A stretch of 64,000 nt of DNA from a virus. Both the position numbers and the translations under genes were made by a program. The stretch lies in the IMG/VR virus record IMGVR_UViG_3300009365_003824, positions 41,942-105,941 of that record. One strand, 5' to 3'. The stretch's first letter is position 1, and each line of letters begins with the position of its first letter. Under the pieces are notes generated by a model that saw nothing but the letters and a program-made list of their open reading frames with translations, was not told the origin of the DNA and did not search any database. This document shows positions 29,487 to 39,025 of the stretch, one piece after another.

Positions 29487-30758
29487 ACTATTAATATAAT
29501 TAACAATACCTATAGTGAACTAAAGAAATATTATGACGAAGTTTTAAATGTAGACAAATCTACTTATCAGACTTCCAATGATGAAAACACGCCTATTGGT
29601 TGCGTTGAAGATATTTTATCTAAGATACCACCAAAGTTTTGGATGCGAAAAAATTTGAGAATTTTAGATCCTTGTTGTGGTAATGGAAATTTTCCATTAG
29701 TCGTATGGAATAAACTTCGTCCCCATCATGCTGAAGAAGATATATTTAACACTCTTGTCTTTAGAGACATGAATGAGATACGATTAAGAAATGTTCAAAA
29801 TATCTTTCGAGGCAATTTTGAATTAGATGTTGCACAAGAGGATTTTTTTGAAGCTGAAAATGCAGCTTATGATTTGATTTGTTACAATCCCCCATATGCT
29901 AAAATATTAGAGAATGGAAAAAGAGCAGCTAAAAACCACACTCTTGTGAGAGATTTTACACAGAAAGCACTTAAACTTCTTGCACATAATGGTTATTTAG
30001 CTTTCATTATCCCCGATAATTGGATGTCTCTAGCCGATAGAAACATAATTGTAAAAGAAGTGACAGATCAACAAATAATATGGCTGAACATACATGGAGC
30101 TAAAAAGTGGTTTCCTAAAGTTGGCAGTTCATTTACATGGTTGGTTTTGAAAAAAATCTCACCAGATACGGCAAAGCAACCCTTTGTGGTAGAATGTACG
30201 CTTAGGGGTAAAAAATACACATCTACTTTGGACTCTCAGCAAAGAGATTTTATTCCACTTCTTTATACAAAGGAAGTGCAATCTATCCTGTCTAAAACCA
30301 TAGAGGCAGATAATGAGAAGTTTAAAATACAAACCTCCAGCGATCTTCACAAATACACTAAAGCAAATTTAATTTCAAAAGAGCGCGATGAAAAACACCC
30401 TTACAGACTAATTCACACCCCCAGACAAACAGTGTGGGCTAGTCGGCCTCATAAATTTCAACAGGGTCATAAGGTTTTCATTAGTACTACAGACAAATAT
30501 AAAGTCTTCATAGATGCTGATTGTGGGATGACACAATCAATTGCTTTTATTTTATGTCAAGATAAAGCAGTTGCTCAACAAATAAAAAAACAACTAGATC
30601 ACCCTCTTTATCGTTTTTTAAATAACATATGCCGATGGGGTAACTTCAACAACATTAGAATATTACAAAAATTTCCCATACCAACAAAAGATGACGTATA
30701 TCAATCATTTAATCTTGATAATGAAGAGATTGCGTTTATAGAAAGAAACAACACATGA
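29487..30758 (+). CDS. N6-adenine DNA methyltransferase (gamma class); start codon uncertain
   Basis: ILDPCCGNGNF and YNPPY motifs; frame open from 29487, first ATG at 29643. Confidence 0.85.
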   Translation, partial: TINIINNTYSELKKYYDEVLNVDKSTYQTSNDENTPIGCVEDILSKIPPKFWMRKNLRILDPCCGNGNFPLVVWNKLRPHHAEEDIFNTLVFRDMNEIRLRNVQNIFRGNFELDVAQEDFFEAENAAYDLICYNPPYAKILENGKRAAKNHTLVRDFTQKALKLLAHNGYLAFIIPDNWMSLADRNIIVKEVTDQQIIWLNIHGAKKWFPKVGSSFTWLVLKKISPDTAKQPFVVECTLRGKKYTSTLDSQQRDFIPLLYTKEVQSILSKTIEADNEKFKIQTSSDLHKYTKANLISKERDEKHPYRLIHTPRQTVWASRPHKFQQGHKVFISTTDKYKVFIDADCGMTQSIAFILCQDKAVAQQIKKQLDHPLYRFLNNICRWGNFNNIRILQKFPIPTKDDVYQSFNLDNEEIAFIERNNT

Positions 30759-30796
30759 AAATGAAGACATTCGGCAAAGGGCAGTTATTTAAATAA

Positions 30797-31465
30797 ATGA
30801 AATATCAATCAGGCAAAATAATACTCAATCCAAAAAGCGATTTTTGTAATTATATCTACGCTACTACAATGTATGATATGTGTGAGCAGTTATACAAAAT
30901 ATGTAGACTGTATCCACAAGGACGAGCATTTGAAGTAATGCATGAAAATGCAAGTTTAAAAGATGGTAAAATCGCAGATGCCGATAATGTAATTCAACCA
31001 ATAGATGTAATAGTTGAAAATGTAAGGTATTCTTGCAAAACAGAATGTACAAAGAAAACTAAATTCAACCAGCTTAACATGTCTAAATACATGGAATGCT
31101 GTCACATGAGAGAGCTAAATCCTTTAGAGATTGTTTCCATGTATTTGGAGCATTCTGAAAAATATGATCGTATAATTTTCATGCAAAGCCTAGCTTACAG
31201 AAAAAAATACAACATTCATCAATTGTTTGAAATTCCACTTTCTGTAATAAGACATGTAAAGCATTCAGACTTGACATCCATAAAGAGAAGTGATAAAGGA
31301 TCGTTTGTCATTCATGTTGAAAAAAATAAAAAACAGTTGTATTGTATGAGAGTAGATGGATCTGCTAGGAAAATAATGTTGTTAAAAATGCCTGCCGACA
31401 TTTGTTTTTTACATGCTAGATTTATAATTCCAAAACCAAAAAAACGACCCCTACCAACGAGGTAG
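30797..31465 (+). CDS. Putative restriction endonuclease-like PD-(D/E)XK protein
   Basis: GRAFE...IDV.....YSCKT pattern; directly follows the MTase. Confidence 0.45.
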   Translation: MKYQSGKIILNPKSDFCNYIYATTMYDMCEQLYKICRLYPQGRAFEVMHENASLKDGKIADADNVIQPIDVIVENVRYSCKTECTKKTKFNQLNMSKYMECCHMRELNPLEIVSMYLEHSEKYDRIIFMQSLAYRKKYNIHQLFEIPLSVIRHVKHSDLTSIKRSDKGSFVIHVEKNKKQLYCMRVDGSARKIMLLKMPADICFLHARFIIPKPKKRPLPTR

Positions 31466-31470
31466 GGGTC
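31441..31470 (-). terminator. Intrinsic terminator
   Basis: gacccctacc-aacga-ggtaggggtc with A-run on its left. Confidence 0.7.
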
Positions 31471-31508
31471 TAAGGATTATTGAACATGAAGCTAACTTAG
31501 TTCACAAA

Positions 31509-31922
31509 TTAAACAGCATCACCGACTTTAATTACAACCCAATCAATAACGTCAGTTCCAGTACCAGCAAGAGCAAAGCTCTTCAAGTTGGTATCAGTGT
31601 CATCACCATTGGTGGTTCCATCTGGATCACTATTGATTGTCGTGACTGTTACAGCATTCGCTGCGGTTGTTCGGTCATGCACCAAAATCACGTAATCTAC
31701 TTCCGGTGTCGGAGGAGAAGCTGCGGCTGAAAGCGGAGTAACGCATGGAAGTGGTGTTGGGAAAGTGATGGTTAAAGCACCACCAACTAAAGCATCAACA
31801 CCAGCCATCATAACTCGTGGGCCGATAAGTTTCTCTACGCCAACAAAATTTCTTTCTTTAGGCCCCTTGGCAGAACCTTCAGCAGAACCCGGACCTTTAC
31901 CTGTTACACTTGTTGCACCCAT
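31509..31922 (-). CDS. Putative virion decoration/structural protein
   Basis: Gly/Thr/Ala-rich, strong aggag RBS, own terminator. Confidence 0.5.
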   Translation of the reverse strand: MGATSVTGKGPGSAEGSAKGPKERNFVGVEKLIGPRVMMAGVDALVGGALTITFPTPLPCVTPLSAAASPPTPEVDYVILVHDRTTAANAVTVTTINSDPDGTTNGDDTDTNLKSFALAGTGTDVIDWVVIKVGDAV

Positions 31923-32048
31923 TTATAATCTCCTTTAAAATGTTCTATTTTCCAGGTGTTCATAGATTATGTATGAGTTTGTTAATATTTTTTCCCAAAA
32001 GTGTTCGCATATGAACCACAAAAAGTTCGTATCTGAACTACATAGAAT

Positions 32049-32603
32049 ATGCAATGGACACAACAACAAAGCCAAATCATCATAGGAACGATGCTGGGGA
32101 AAAGCTATATTACCAAACCAAAAGGTAAAACCTGCTTTCTGACCATCCCAGAGCAACATGATTTGAACTGGCTGAAATATAAAGCCTACATCTTAGAGCC
32201 AAACAAAAAGACCTTGATAAAGAACGGTAATCGCACCCTATGGAGATCAAGTAGTGATCCTGTTTGGCATATTGTCAGAAGTCAATTTTATAACAATGAC
32301 AACAAAATGGTTAAAATGGAACTGCTTGATCCCTGCACGGCTGAAGGGTTAGCTGTGTGGTTTCTTGATAAGGGATTTTGGAATAAAGGTAGAATCGGCC
32401 TTAGAACCACAGTTTACGGCGTAGAGGGAAACGCGATAATCCACAGATACTTCAATGAAGTAAATTTGCAGTGTGTAATAAGAAAAGATAGAGGAACAGC
32501 TAGGATTCTATTCACCAAAAAGGGAACAATAGCCTACCTTAAAACAATCGCTAATTATGTCCCTAAATTCATGCGGCCCCGCTTGGAACCAAACCCCATC
32601 TGA
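32049..32603 (+). CDS. LAGLIDADG-family protein with degenerate catalytic motifs
   Basis: QIIIGTMLGKSYI and GLAVWFLDKG correspond to the usual GxLLGDG and LAxWFMDDG motifs. Confidence 0.75.
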   Translation: MQWTQQQSQIIIGTMLGKSYITKPKGKTCFLTIPEQHDLNWLKYKAYILEPNKKTLIKNGNRTLWRSSSDPVWHIVRSQFYNNDNKMVKMELLDPCTAEGLAVWFLDKGFWNKGRIGLRTTVYGVEGNAIIHRYFNEVNLQCVIRKDRGTARILFTKKGTIAYLKTIANYVPKFMRPRLEPNPI

Positions 32604-32998
32604 GCAGCCATTTTAAAGGTTCCCTTGTATTCTGAATAAGGGGCCAATGACCACAGATCATTCAAACAAGTTCCAAATTCGTTGGCATATAATTTCTCAT
32701 ACTCATCTATGGAAAACATCTCAGCCTCGACTTCCTGCATATACATGAGTCTCGTATCTCGCCTATTTTGAATCAATCTGCCTTCATTAAATTGTTTAAC
32801 ATGACACAGTTCATGTAGTAAAGATAAGAGGCGAAGTTTACAAACATGACGATCTTTGAGCATAACTTCATACAGCAGCCAATTAAATGCAGCTTCCATG
32901 TCTTTTTGCTCTAACACAGACCTGTTAAAGTGTATTCTCAATGCACCCAATTTATAACGTTTTTTGAGTCTTTGGAATTCTCTATCAATTCTATACAT
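32555..32998 (-). CDS. HEXXH metallopeptidase-like protein
   Basis: LLHELCHVKQ...EVEAE zincin motif. Confidence 0.65.
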   Translation of the reverse strand: MYRIDREFQRLKKRYKLGALRIHFNRSVLEQKDMEAAFNWLLYEVMLKDRHVCKLRLLSLLHELCHVKQFNEGRLIQNRRDTRLMYMQEVEAEMFSIDEYEKLYANEFGTCLNDLWSLAPYSEYKGTFKMAAQMGFGSKRGRMNLGT

Positions 32999-33081
32999 TT
33001 CAATCCCTTTCGGGAGTAAAGTATAACAGAATCGAAGGGCAAATCAATATATAAAATCACTGCTTTCGCGTTTACGGTACT

Positions 33082-33118
33082 AAAAAATTCCCTCTCCTAT
33101 TTTCGGAGGGGGTTTTTT
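33082..33118. terminator. Probable terminator hairpin
   Basis: A-run, ccctctcc...ggaggggg imperfect stem, T-run. Confidence 0.45.
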
Positions 33119-33120
33119 AT

Positions 33121-33149
33121 TTGACATATTAATTTGAACCATCTATAAT
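33121..33149 (+). promoter_or_regulatory. Perfect consensus sigma70 promoter
   Basis: TTGACA (33121-33126), 17 nt, TATAAT (33144-33149); ATG at 33156. Confidence 0.85.
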
Positions 33150-33155
33150 CATAAA

Positions 33156-33935
33156 ATGATCGAGTTAAATACCATCTACAATGAAGATTGTAGAGAAACC
33201 ATGTTGAGGATGAATGATGGATTCTTGGATTTAACGGTCACTTCTCCTCCTTACGATGATTTGAGAACTTACAAAGGGATCGCTGTATTCCCTTTTAAAG
33301 CAATTGCTGAGCAATTGTATAGAGTCACTAAACCGGGAGGCGTAGTGGTCTGGGTGGTGGGTGATGCTACACATGAAGGGTCGGAAACAGGAACATCTTT
33401 TACACAAGCCTTGTATTTCAAAGAAATCGGATTCAGGCTACATGACACGATGATCTATGAAAAGAACAATTTCTCCAATCCTTCCAAAAATAGATACCAT
33501 CAAATCTTTGAATACATGTTTGTCTTCTCCAAAGGAACACCTAAAACCTTTGTCCCCATCAAAGATAGAAAAAATAAATGGGGCGGAAAAGTAGGCTCAT
33601 GGGGAAAAAATACCGTCAGACAAAAAGACGGAACCATGAAGGAGAACGCCAGAAAGGTTAATACGGAGTATGGTCAGAGGTATAACATTTGGAAATATAA
33701 AACATCCAAAAATGGGCAAGAAGATGAAATAGCCTACAAACACCCAGCCATATTTCCGTGTCAATTAGCAGTAGATCATATTAAATCATGGACCCATGAA
33801 GGTGACATTGTTTATGATCCTATGATGGGCAGTGGCACCACAGCTAAAGCTGCAATAATCACCAATCGTAATTATGTAGGTTCCGAATTGGTGAAAGAAT
33901 ATTATAAGTTGTGTCTTGAAAGGGTATTGTTATGA
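33156..33935 (+). CDS. N4-cytosine/N6-adenine DNA methyltransferase (beta class)
   Basis: VTSPPY, HPAIFP, VYDPMMGSGTT. Confidence 0.92.
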   Translation: MIELNTIYNEDCRETMLRMNDGFLDLTVTSPPYDDLRTYKGIAVFPFKAIAEQLYRVTKPGGVVVWVVGDATHEGSETGTSFTQALYFKEIGFRLHDTMIYEKNNFSNPSKNRYHQIFEYMFVFSKGTPKTFVPIKDRKNKWGGKVGSWGKNTVRQKDGTMKENARKVNTEYGQRYNIWKYKTSKNGQEDEIAYKHPAIFPCQLAVDHIKSWTHEGDIVYDPMMGSGTTAKAAIITNRNYVGSELVKEYYKLCLERVLL

Positions 33936-34447
33936 GTTGTTTCACTTTTAAAGAACAAAAGAAAGTGGGGGACAGTGGCGAATCATCTTTATTGAACGAA
34001 TTGTTGAAATACGGAATTGAAGGTGAAGTCGTAGATCAAAGCATAAAAGAAAATCGCACTTTAGGAGACGTAAATTTTACTAATCGAAAAGGTGTTGATT
34101 TAAGTGTTGAAGTTAAAAACGATGAAACGAAATACACCAATATTTTCCTAGAAACCGTAAGCGTCAGAAGAAACGGATCAGAAGACACTCCGGGGTGGAT
34201 TCACACATGTAGTTCTAATTTTTTCATGTATCGTTTTAAAAATAAGGTAGAAGGTCGCAAACCTTACTACATGTTTATGACTAAAAAACTCAGAGAATAT
34301 TTTGCATCCAATGAATCGGAGTTTAGACGCAAATATCGAGAGCGACCCGTTCCAAACAAAGGGTATACCACGCTCGGTATCCCCGTTCCTATCGCCAGAA
34401 TGGAAAGAGAATTAAGAATGTATACTCTGAAGGAGTTAGTGGGTTGA
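33932..34447 (+). CDS. PD-(D/E)XK nuclease-like protein
   Basis: GDSGE...GD.....VEVKND...NIFLET...PGW. Confidence 0.65.
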   Translation: MSCFTFKEQKKVGDSGESSLLNELLKYGIEGEVVDQSIKENRTLGDVNFTNRKGVDLSVEVKNDETKYTNIFLETVSVRRNGSEDTPGWIHTCSSNFFMYRFKNKVEGRKPYYMFMTKKLREYFASNESEFRRKYRERPVPNKGYTTLGIPVPIARMERELRMYTLKELVG

Positions 34448-35304
34448 AACCTATATTAAAGTGGTTAGGCGGAAAATCAAAACTCGTGGAAGGAATTTAC
34501 AGTAGGTTCCCCAACGGCTTTAATGATTATTGGGAACCGTTCTTGGGCAGTGGGGCACTTGCTCTACATGTATTCAAAAACACCACCTGTCGCCTCTTTT
34601 TAAGTGATTGCAGTCCTTCTTTAATGAATTTCTACAAGGTTCTTCAAAACGATATAGAGAAAGTGCAGTTGTATGCAAACCTGATCGAGATAGCCAAGAA
34701 ATTCAACGAGAATGAGGACTATTCACGAACCACGCTAGAGGACCAGGAGAAGATTTACTACGATTACAGGTTGGAATACAATACTTTGGAAATGAGCACG
34801 ATTCGCAAGAGTGCCATATTTTACTTTCTCAATAAAACCGCTTTCAATGGGGTAATGAGATACAATTCCAAGGGCGGATATAATGTCCCCTTTGGCAAAC
34901 GAGGTTTTCCCCTTGATCTGAATTTGCTGGACGAATTTGCTACATTCCTTAGCTCGCCCCGCGTCAAGATATATGAAGGCGATTTCCGGCACGCCAACCC
35001 TTGCGAGGGGGATATAGTATACCTAGATCCACCTTACCATCCCCTGACGGAGACGGCGAATTTCGGCAAATACAATAGTGAGGGTTGGTCCGATGAAGAT
35101 GAAAAGGAAATGCGGGAAAAATGCGATCTTTGGAGCCAATCAGGTGCCTTTATCTTGTTGAGCAATCACGATGTCCCCTTCATTAGAGACTTGTTCGCTG
35201 GGTATGATTTCTCTGAAATGGATGTTCGCAGGTCTGTAGGTGCAAACAGCAAGACCAGAAAAAAAGTTCCAGAAGTGCTTATCACTAAAGGACTTACGAC
35301 CTAA
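34444..35304 (+). CDS. dam: DNA adenine methyltransferase, Dam class
   Basis: KWLGGK, EPFLGSGA, FNGVMRYN..G.YNVPFG, YLDPPY. Confidence 0.9.
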   Translation: MKPILKWLGGKSKLVEGIYSRFPNGFNDYWEPFLGSGALALHVFKNTTCRLFLSDCSPSLMNFYKVLQNDIEKVQLYANLIEIAKKFNENEDYSRTTLEDQEKIYYDYRLEYNTLEMSTIRKSAIFYFLNKTAFNGVMRYNSKGGYNVPFGKRGFPLDLNLLDEFATFLSSPRVKIYEGDFRHANPCEGDIVYLDPPYHPLTETANFGKYNSEGWSDEDEKEMREKCDLWSQSGAFILLSNHDVPFIRDLFAGYDFSEMDVRRSVGANSKTRKKVPEVLITKGLTT

Positions 35305-35403
35305 CTTGCGAAAACTCGCTTCACAATGGTCATTATCCAGGTAGAATGGGCTTTAGCAGAGAGGGATTCTGGTTTCCTGTTCACCTTCGGAGGGTCATGG
35401 CCC

Positions 35404-36435
35404 ATGAGTAAGTCTTCCAAACCGTTTAGTGTCAAGCAGAGAGAAGCCGCCACAGAGGAAATCGGCCAATCTCGTCTCGCCGCCATTGAGAATTTGGCGA
35501 TGGAGTTAGGAATTGAGTGGGAAAACTTCGTCCGCATTCCCGGCACTTCAATGTATATGGGAATACATGAAATTGACGAAGACTGTGCGCGTCGGTGGCT
35601 CGAATACAATATGGCCAACCGGAAACGCAAGGACCAAGCAATCAATCGTTACGCGAACGATATGATTCGCAAATTCTGGAAACTGACTCACGAAGGTATT
35701 GCCTTTGGAATTGACGGCTACCTGAAGGATGGTCAAAACCGCCTCTTTGCCATCATCCAGTCTGGTGAGGCAATCAAGTTGTTGGTCTGTTTGGGGTTAG
35801 ACCCTGAAGCGCAGGCGGCAATTGACCAAGGCGTGAAGCGGACCACCGCCGACGTGGCCAAGTTGCAGGGTATTGATACCACTGGTAGAAGAAATGCCAC
35901 TGCCAAGATGATTCACGTAGGCATGAAAGGTCAACAATCCCATACTGGCATCACGACCGCCATCAATTTGGAGTTGCTGGAAACCTACGCCGAAGGGTTG
36001 GACTTCGTAGATGAAGCCATTCCTAAGCCCATTCCAGGTATCACCAAGGCACCCGTCTTGGGGGCTATAGCCAGGGCTTATTACGGCTGTCGCCACGACG
36101 AGAGGGCAGTGGATAGGCTCAAGCTGTTCTGCTCTGTTCTGAGAGACGGGCAGTATGGTGCTGACAAGAACATCGCCGCCCACACGCTGCGAGAGAGGTT
36201 GCTGGGAGTTGGAACCCGCAAGGCACCGGGACATGGGGCCAGAGGTTCCATTGAGTGCTACGCTCTGACAGAAGGGGCTATTGTGGCCTTCCTCGATGAG
36301 AAAGTTTACCGTAAGTCCCACGCTGCCAAAGTCGAACAGTTTCCTTTCCCGCACGAGGAAAAGGAATCCATCGCAATGGTCGCCCAGAAAATCCGTGAGA
36401 GCCAAGAGGCACACGGAAAAGGCGAAAAGAAGTAG
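35404..36435 (+). CDS. ParB/Srx-like N-terminal domain protein
   Basis: NR....INRYANDM...W......I.F...G.L.DGQNRL.AI; ggagg RBS. Confidence 0.65.
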   Translation: MSKSSKPFSVKQREAATEEIGQSRLAAIENLAMELGIEWENFVRIPGTSMYMGIHEIDEDCARRWLEYNMANRKRKDQAINRYANDMIRKFWKLTHEGIAFGIDGYLKDGQNRLFAIIQSGEAIKLLVCLGLDPEAQAAIDQGVKRTTADVAKLQGIDTTGRRNATAKMIHVGMKGQQSHTGITTAINLELLETYAEGLDFVDEAIPKPIPGITKAPVLGAIARAYYGCRHDERAVDRLKLFCSVLRDGQYGADKNIAAHTLRERLLGVGTRKAPGHGARGSIECYALTEGAIVAFLDEKVYRKSHAAKVEQFPFPHEEKESIAMVAQKIRESQEAHGKGEKK

Positions 36436-36464
36436 ACTCAATCGAGTCTAAAATTTGTAAACAA

Positions 36465-36491
36465 AAGCCCACCCCCGGTGGGGGTGGGCTT
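36465..36491. terminator. Bidirectional terminator hairpin
   Basis: aagcccaccccc...gggggtgggctt between convergent genes. Confidence 0.75.
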
Positions 36492-36505
36492 CTCGTATGC
36501 GCGGG

Positions 36506-37201
36506 CTATTTGTGTTTAGCCCATCTCACATCTACCTTGTGACGTGCGCATTGTTCTTTCCTTTTTCTTTCATTCTCTTCATCCTCGGCAAGAAGCGCCG
36601 CGTAGAACTCATCGAAGTCTTCTGGGTCGATAGGGAGACCTAGCGATAGGAGGGTATATCGATCCGTGCCCAAAGATTCGTAAAATAAGTCCATTTCAGA
36701 GGGTTTACGCCTCGTTACCTTTCGCTGCCACAGTCCCTTAAACCATGACCATGCAGAAGAAGCCTTCTCGCCTGTATCGGGATGAATTCTGGGCTTGGTA
36801 CCCTTGTTCCTTTTTTCCCACAAGATGCGGTCAAGGCTGATGAAGGTCTTGGGTGAGTCTTCATAGCCAGCTAAGTCGATGAAACCCGAAAAAGAGTAGT
36901 GATGAGAACCATCTTCGTCTATGACGAAAGTGTACGCGATGTGGTTTTCATCACAGTATTTCACGACTTTACGCTCCACATCATCAATGAAAGTGGGTTC
37001 AAAAGTAACATGATAAGAATGAATTCGTCTATTTGTATCCACCAAAGCTGGTGAAAACGCTATCTCGTTCTCTCGACAGTATTTAAGAAACAAACGTTCT
37101 TTGTCGCTGATATACGAGCTAGACCTTATGCTAAAGCGATTGTCCACAAGGAAGTCCGTCTGGCTACCGATCGCATGTTGACGTGTTAGCTTCATGTTCA
37201 A
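36506..37201 (-). CDS. Hypothetical protein with internal duplication
   Basis: KYCRENEIAF and KYCDENHIAY repeated. Confidence 0.6.
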   Translation of the reverse strand: MNMKLTRQHAIGSQTDFLVDNRFSIRSSSYISDKERLFLKYCRENEIAFSPALVDTNRRIHSYHVTFEPTFIDDVERKVVKYCDENHIAYTFVIDEDGSHHYSFSGFIDLAGYEDSPKTFISLDRILWEKRNKGTKPRIHPDTGEKASSAWSWFKGLWQRKVTRRKPSEMDLFYESLGTDRYTLLSLGLPIDPEDFDEFYAALLAEDEENERKRKEQCARHKVDVRWAKHK

Positions 37202-37255
37202 TAACCCTTTCTAAGTTAAAGTGTTCAAATAATCCGTTTGTATGTATGAAAGTTA

Positions 37256-37678
37256 TTAACTTTTTTTGCTACCAAATACACAACACCAGTAAATTTTTTT
37301 CCCGTGTTTTGCTGTGCCAATCCCAATGTGGGTGAATTTTGGGTTCAGGATGTTGGCTTTGTGTCCCTTAGATTCCAGCCAGCCACGCATGACAGCCTCG
37401 TTATTGATATAGTAAGCGGCTACGTTCTCTGCCACCATTCGCCACGGTTTCCCTAAAAACGTTTTTAGGTTTTGGTGTTGCACCTTATCGTGCTTAGCCA
37501 TCCAGTCGGCGTGCTTTACAGCCGCCTCTTCCAAGCGATCATTTATGGTCAAAGGTGGGGCTTGGGCCTTTTTTCTGGCTATATTGTGCATCTCGAACAG
37601 GTTTGGTTTAGGCTGAGGTTTGGACTTACCATGAGATGTGATTATAAAATTGGGCTTGATCACGATGTTCTTTATCAT
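37256..37678 (-). CDS. CAP/SCP domain protein (YkwD-like)
   Basis: HN.AR, AA.KHA.WMA, AENVA, WLESKGHKANIL, HIGIG. Confidence 0.88.
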   Translation of the reverse strand: MIKNIVIKPNFIITSHGKSKPQPKPNLFEMHNIARKKAQAPPLTINDRLEEAAVKHADWMAKHDKVQHQNLKTFLGKPWRMVAENVAAYYINNEAVMRGWLESKGHKANILNPKFTHIGIGTAKHGKKIYWCCVFGSKKS

Positions 37679-37694
37679 AACTCATATATAGGGT

Positions 37695-38204
37695 ATGTTT
37701 GTGTTGCAATTCTCCGAATGGATGGAAGGTAAAATTCGCCTCGCGTGCGTAGGCGCAAGCGCTGATCCAAACAGCCAGGAGAGACAAACATATTCAGATA
37801 GTGACAGGTGGATGCTAAATGCTATTGCAGACTACATGATGAAGCACCATCCTGATGTGGATTTGGGAAATATAGAACCGGATTTTATTGACCTCAATGA
37901 TGGCAGGGATTTCCTCAAGGAAAGTAAAACTTATGATATGGTGGCTTTGATGCGAGTGTTTCACCCTATGGGTGGAGACTATTCAGTTAGATACCATCAA
38001 AGACAAGGCCCCGGCCTCTTTAGGCTTTCTTCCGATCATACGGCAGAACACTGGAACAGGCGACTCAAAGGAACTGGGGCGAAATTAATTTTCGCATTTG
38101 GGGATTCAACAGATTGTGTTACAGGTGAATATGTTGGACCCATACAAGGTTATCAAGGCCCAATAAAAGGCAGCAGTGTTAGTGTTTGGACTCAAAATTC
38201 ATAA
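37695..38204 (+). CDS. Hypothetical protein, possible internal head protein
   Basis: N-terminal LQFSEWME. Confidence 0.55.
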   Translation: MFVLQFSEWMEGKIRLACVGASADPNSQERQTYSDSDRWMLNAIADYMMKHHPDVDLGNIEPDFIDLNDGRDFLKESKTYDMVALMRVFHPMGGDYSVRYHQRQGPGLFRLSSDHTAEHWNRRLKGTGAKLIFAFGDSTDCVTGEYVGPIQGYQGPIKGSSVSVWTQNS

Positions 38205-38764
38205 TTAAACATTTCAATATCTTTATCATAAGCTCTGGCCACAAGGTCTCTTGTGTTTTTGTCGTAATAAGTCTTGTAATGATCGTGTTTGGATTTGTTG
38301 ACATGAGGGAGTTGGCATTTTACGTTTATCTTCTTTTTGATTAATCTGAAGTCTTTATTTATTGTTTCGTATCTCCCTACAAAATCTACAATTATTTCTC
38401 CGCTTTCATCAGTCAGCCATTCTACCTGTTGCCAATTTCCTTTATGGAGATTTACCGAGCACTTTGTTTTGTATTCCAATAAAAACCATTTTGTGTAGCC
38501 TTTAAAATCATTCTTGAGGACAAATGGGTTTTTAAAACTTGGGTTATCTTCGTGTTGTTTTCTCTTAAAATGAAACAAAGAAACCATACGTGACCAAGGA
38601 TTGCGAACATAAGCAAAAGAAAAACATTTTTGAAAATGTTCTAATCCATACTTTTCGATAACCGTTCTAGCTGGAGCGTGCCTTAGAACTGTGGGGTGTA
38701 AAGCCTTTAGGATGCTCGAACCTGCGTTTTTAGGTATGTGTATGAAAATCACATTCTTCATCAT
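38192..38764 (-). CDS. Sulfotransferase family 2
   Basis: FIHIPKNAGSSI, VRNPWSRMVS, DFVGRYE, D.EMFNY. Confidence 0.9.
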   Translation of the reverse strand: MMKNVIFIHIPKNAGSSILKALHPTVLRHAPARTVIEKYGLEHFQKCFSFAYVRNPWSRMVSLFHFKRKQHEDNPSFKNPFVLKNDFKGYTKWFLLEYKTKCSVNLHKGNWQQVEWLTDESGEIIVDFVGRYETINKDFRLIKKKINVKCQLPHVNKSKHDHYKTYYDKNTRDLVARAYDKDIEMFNYEF

Positions 38765-38782
38765 AATAAATATATATGACAA

Positions 38783-39001
38783 ATGGCTATTGATACATTA
38801 GATTTACATGGGGTGCCTCACGCTCAGGTTGAGGCCAAAGTAGAGAATTTTGTATTGCTCAGTGTTCTACCTTGTAGGATTATCACTGGGAACAGTCCCG
38901 GTATGCAGTCTCTCGTCAATAATATATTAAAAAGGCACCAGCTTACGTCCTGTTACGAAAACGATTATAACCTTGGTGCTCTTATCGTTATAGAGAATTA
39001 A
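38783..39001 (+). CDS. Stand-alone Smr domain protein
   Basis: LDLHG...RIITGNS...NLGAL. Confidence 0.8.
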   Translation: MAIDTLDLHGVPHAQVEAKVENFVLLSVLPCRIITGNSPGMQSLVNNILKRHQLTSCYENDYNLGALIVIEN

Positions 39002-39025
39002 TTTTAAAATGAAAGGCAGGGATAA

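Noticed and set aside
35797-36441. 214-aa antisense ORF
   Set aside because: Shadow of the GC-rich ParB-like gene; no motifs
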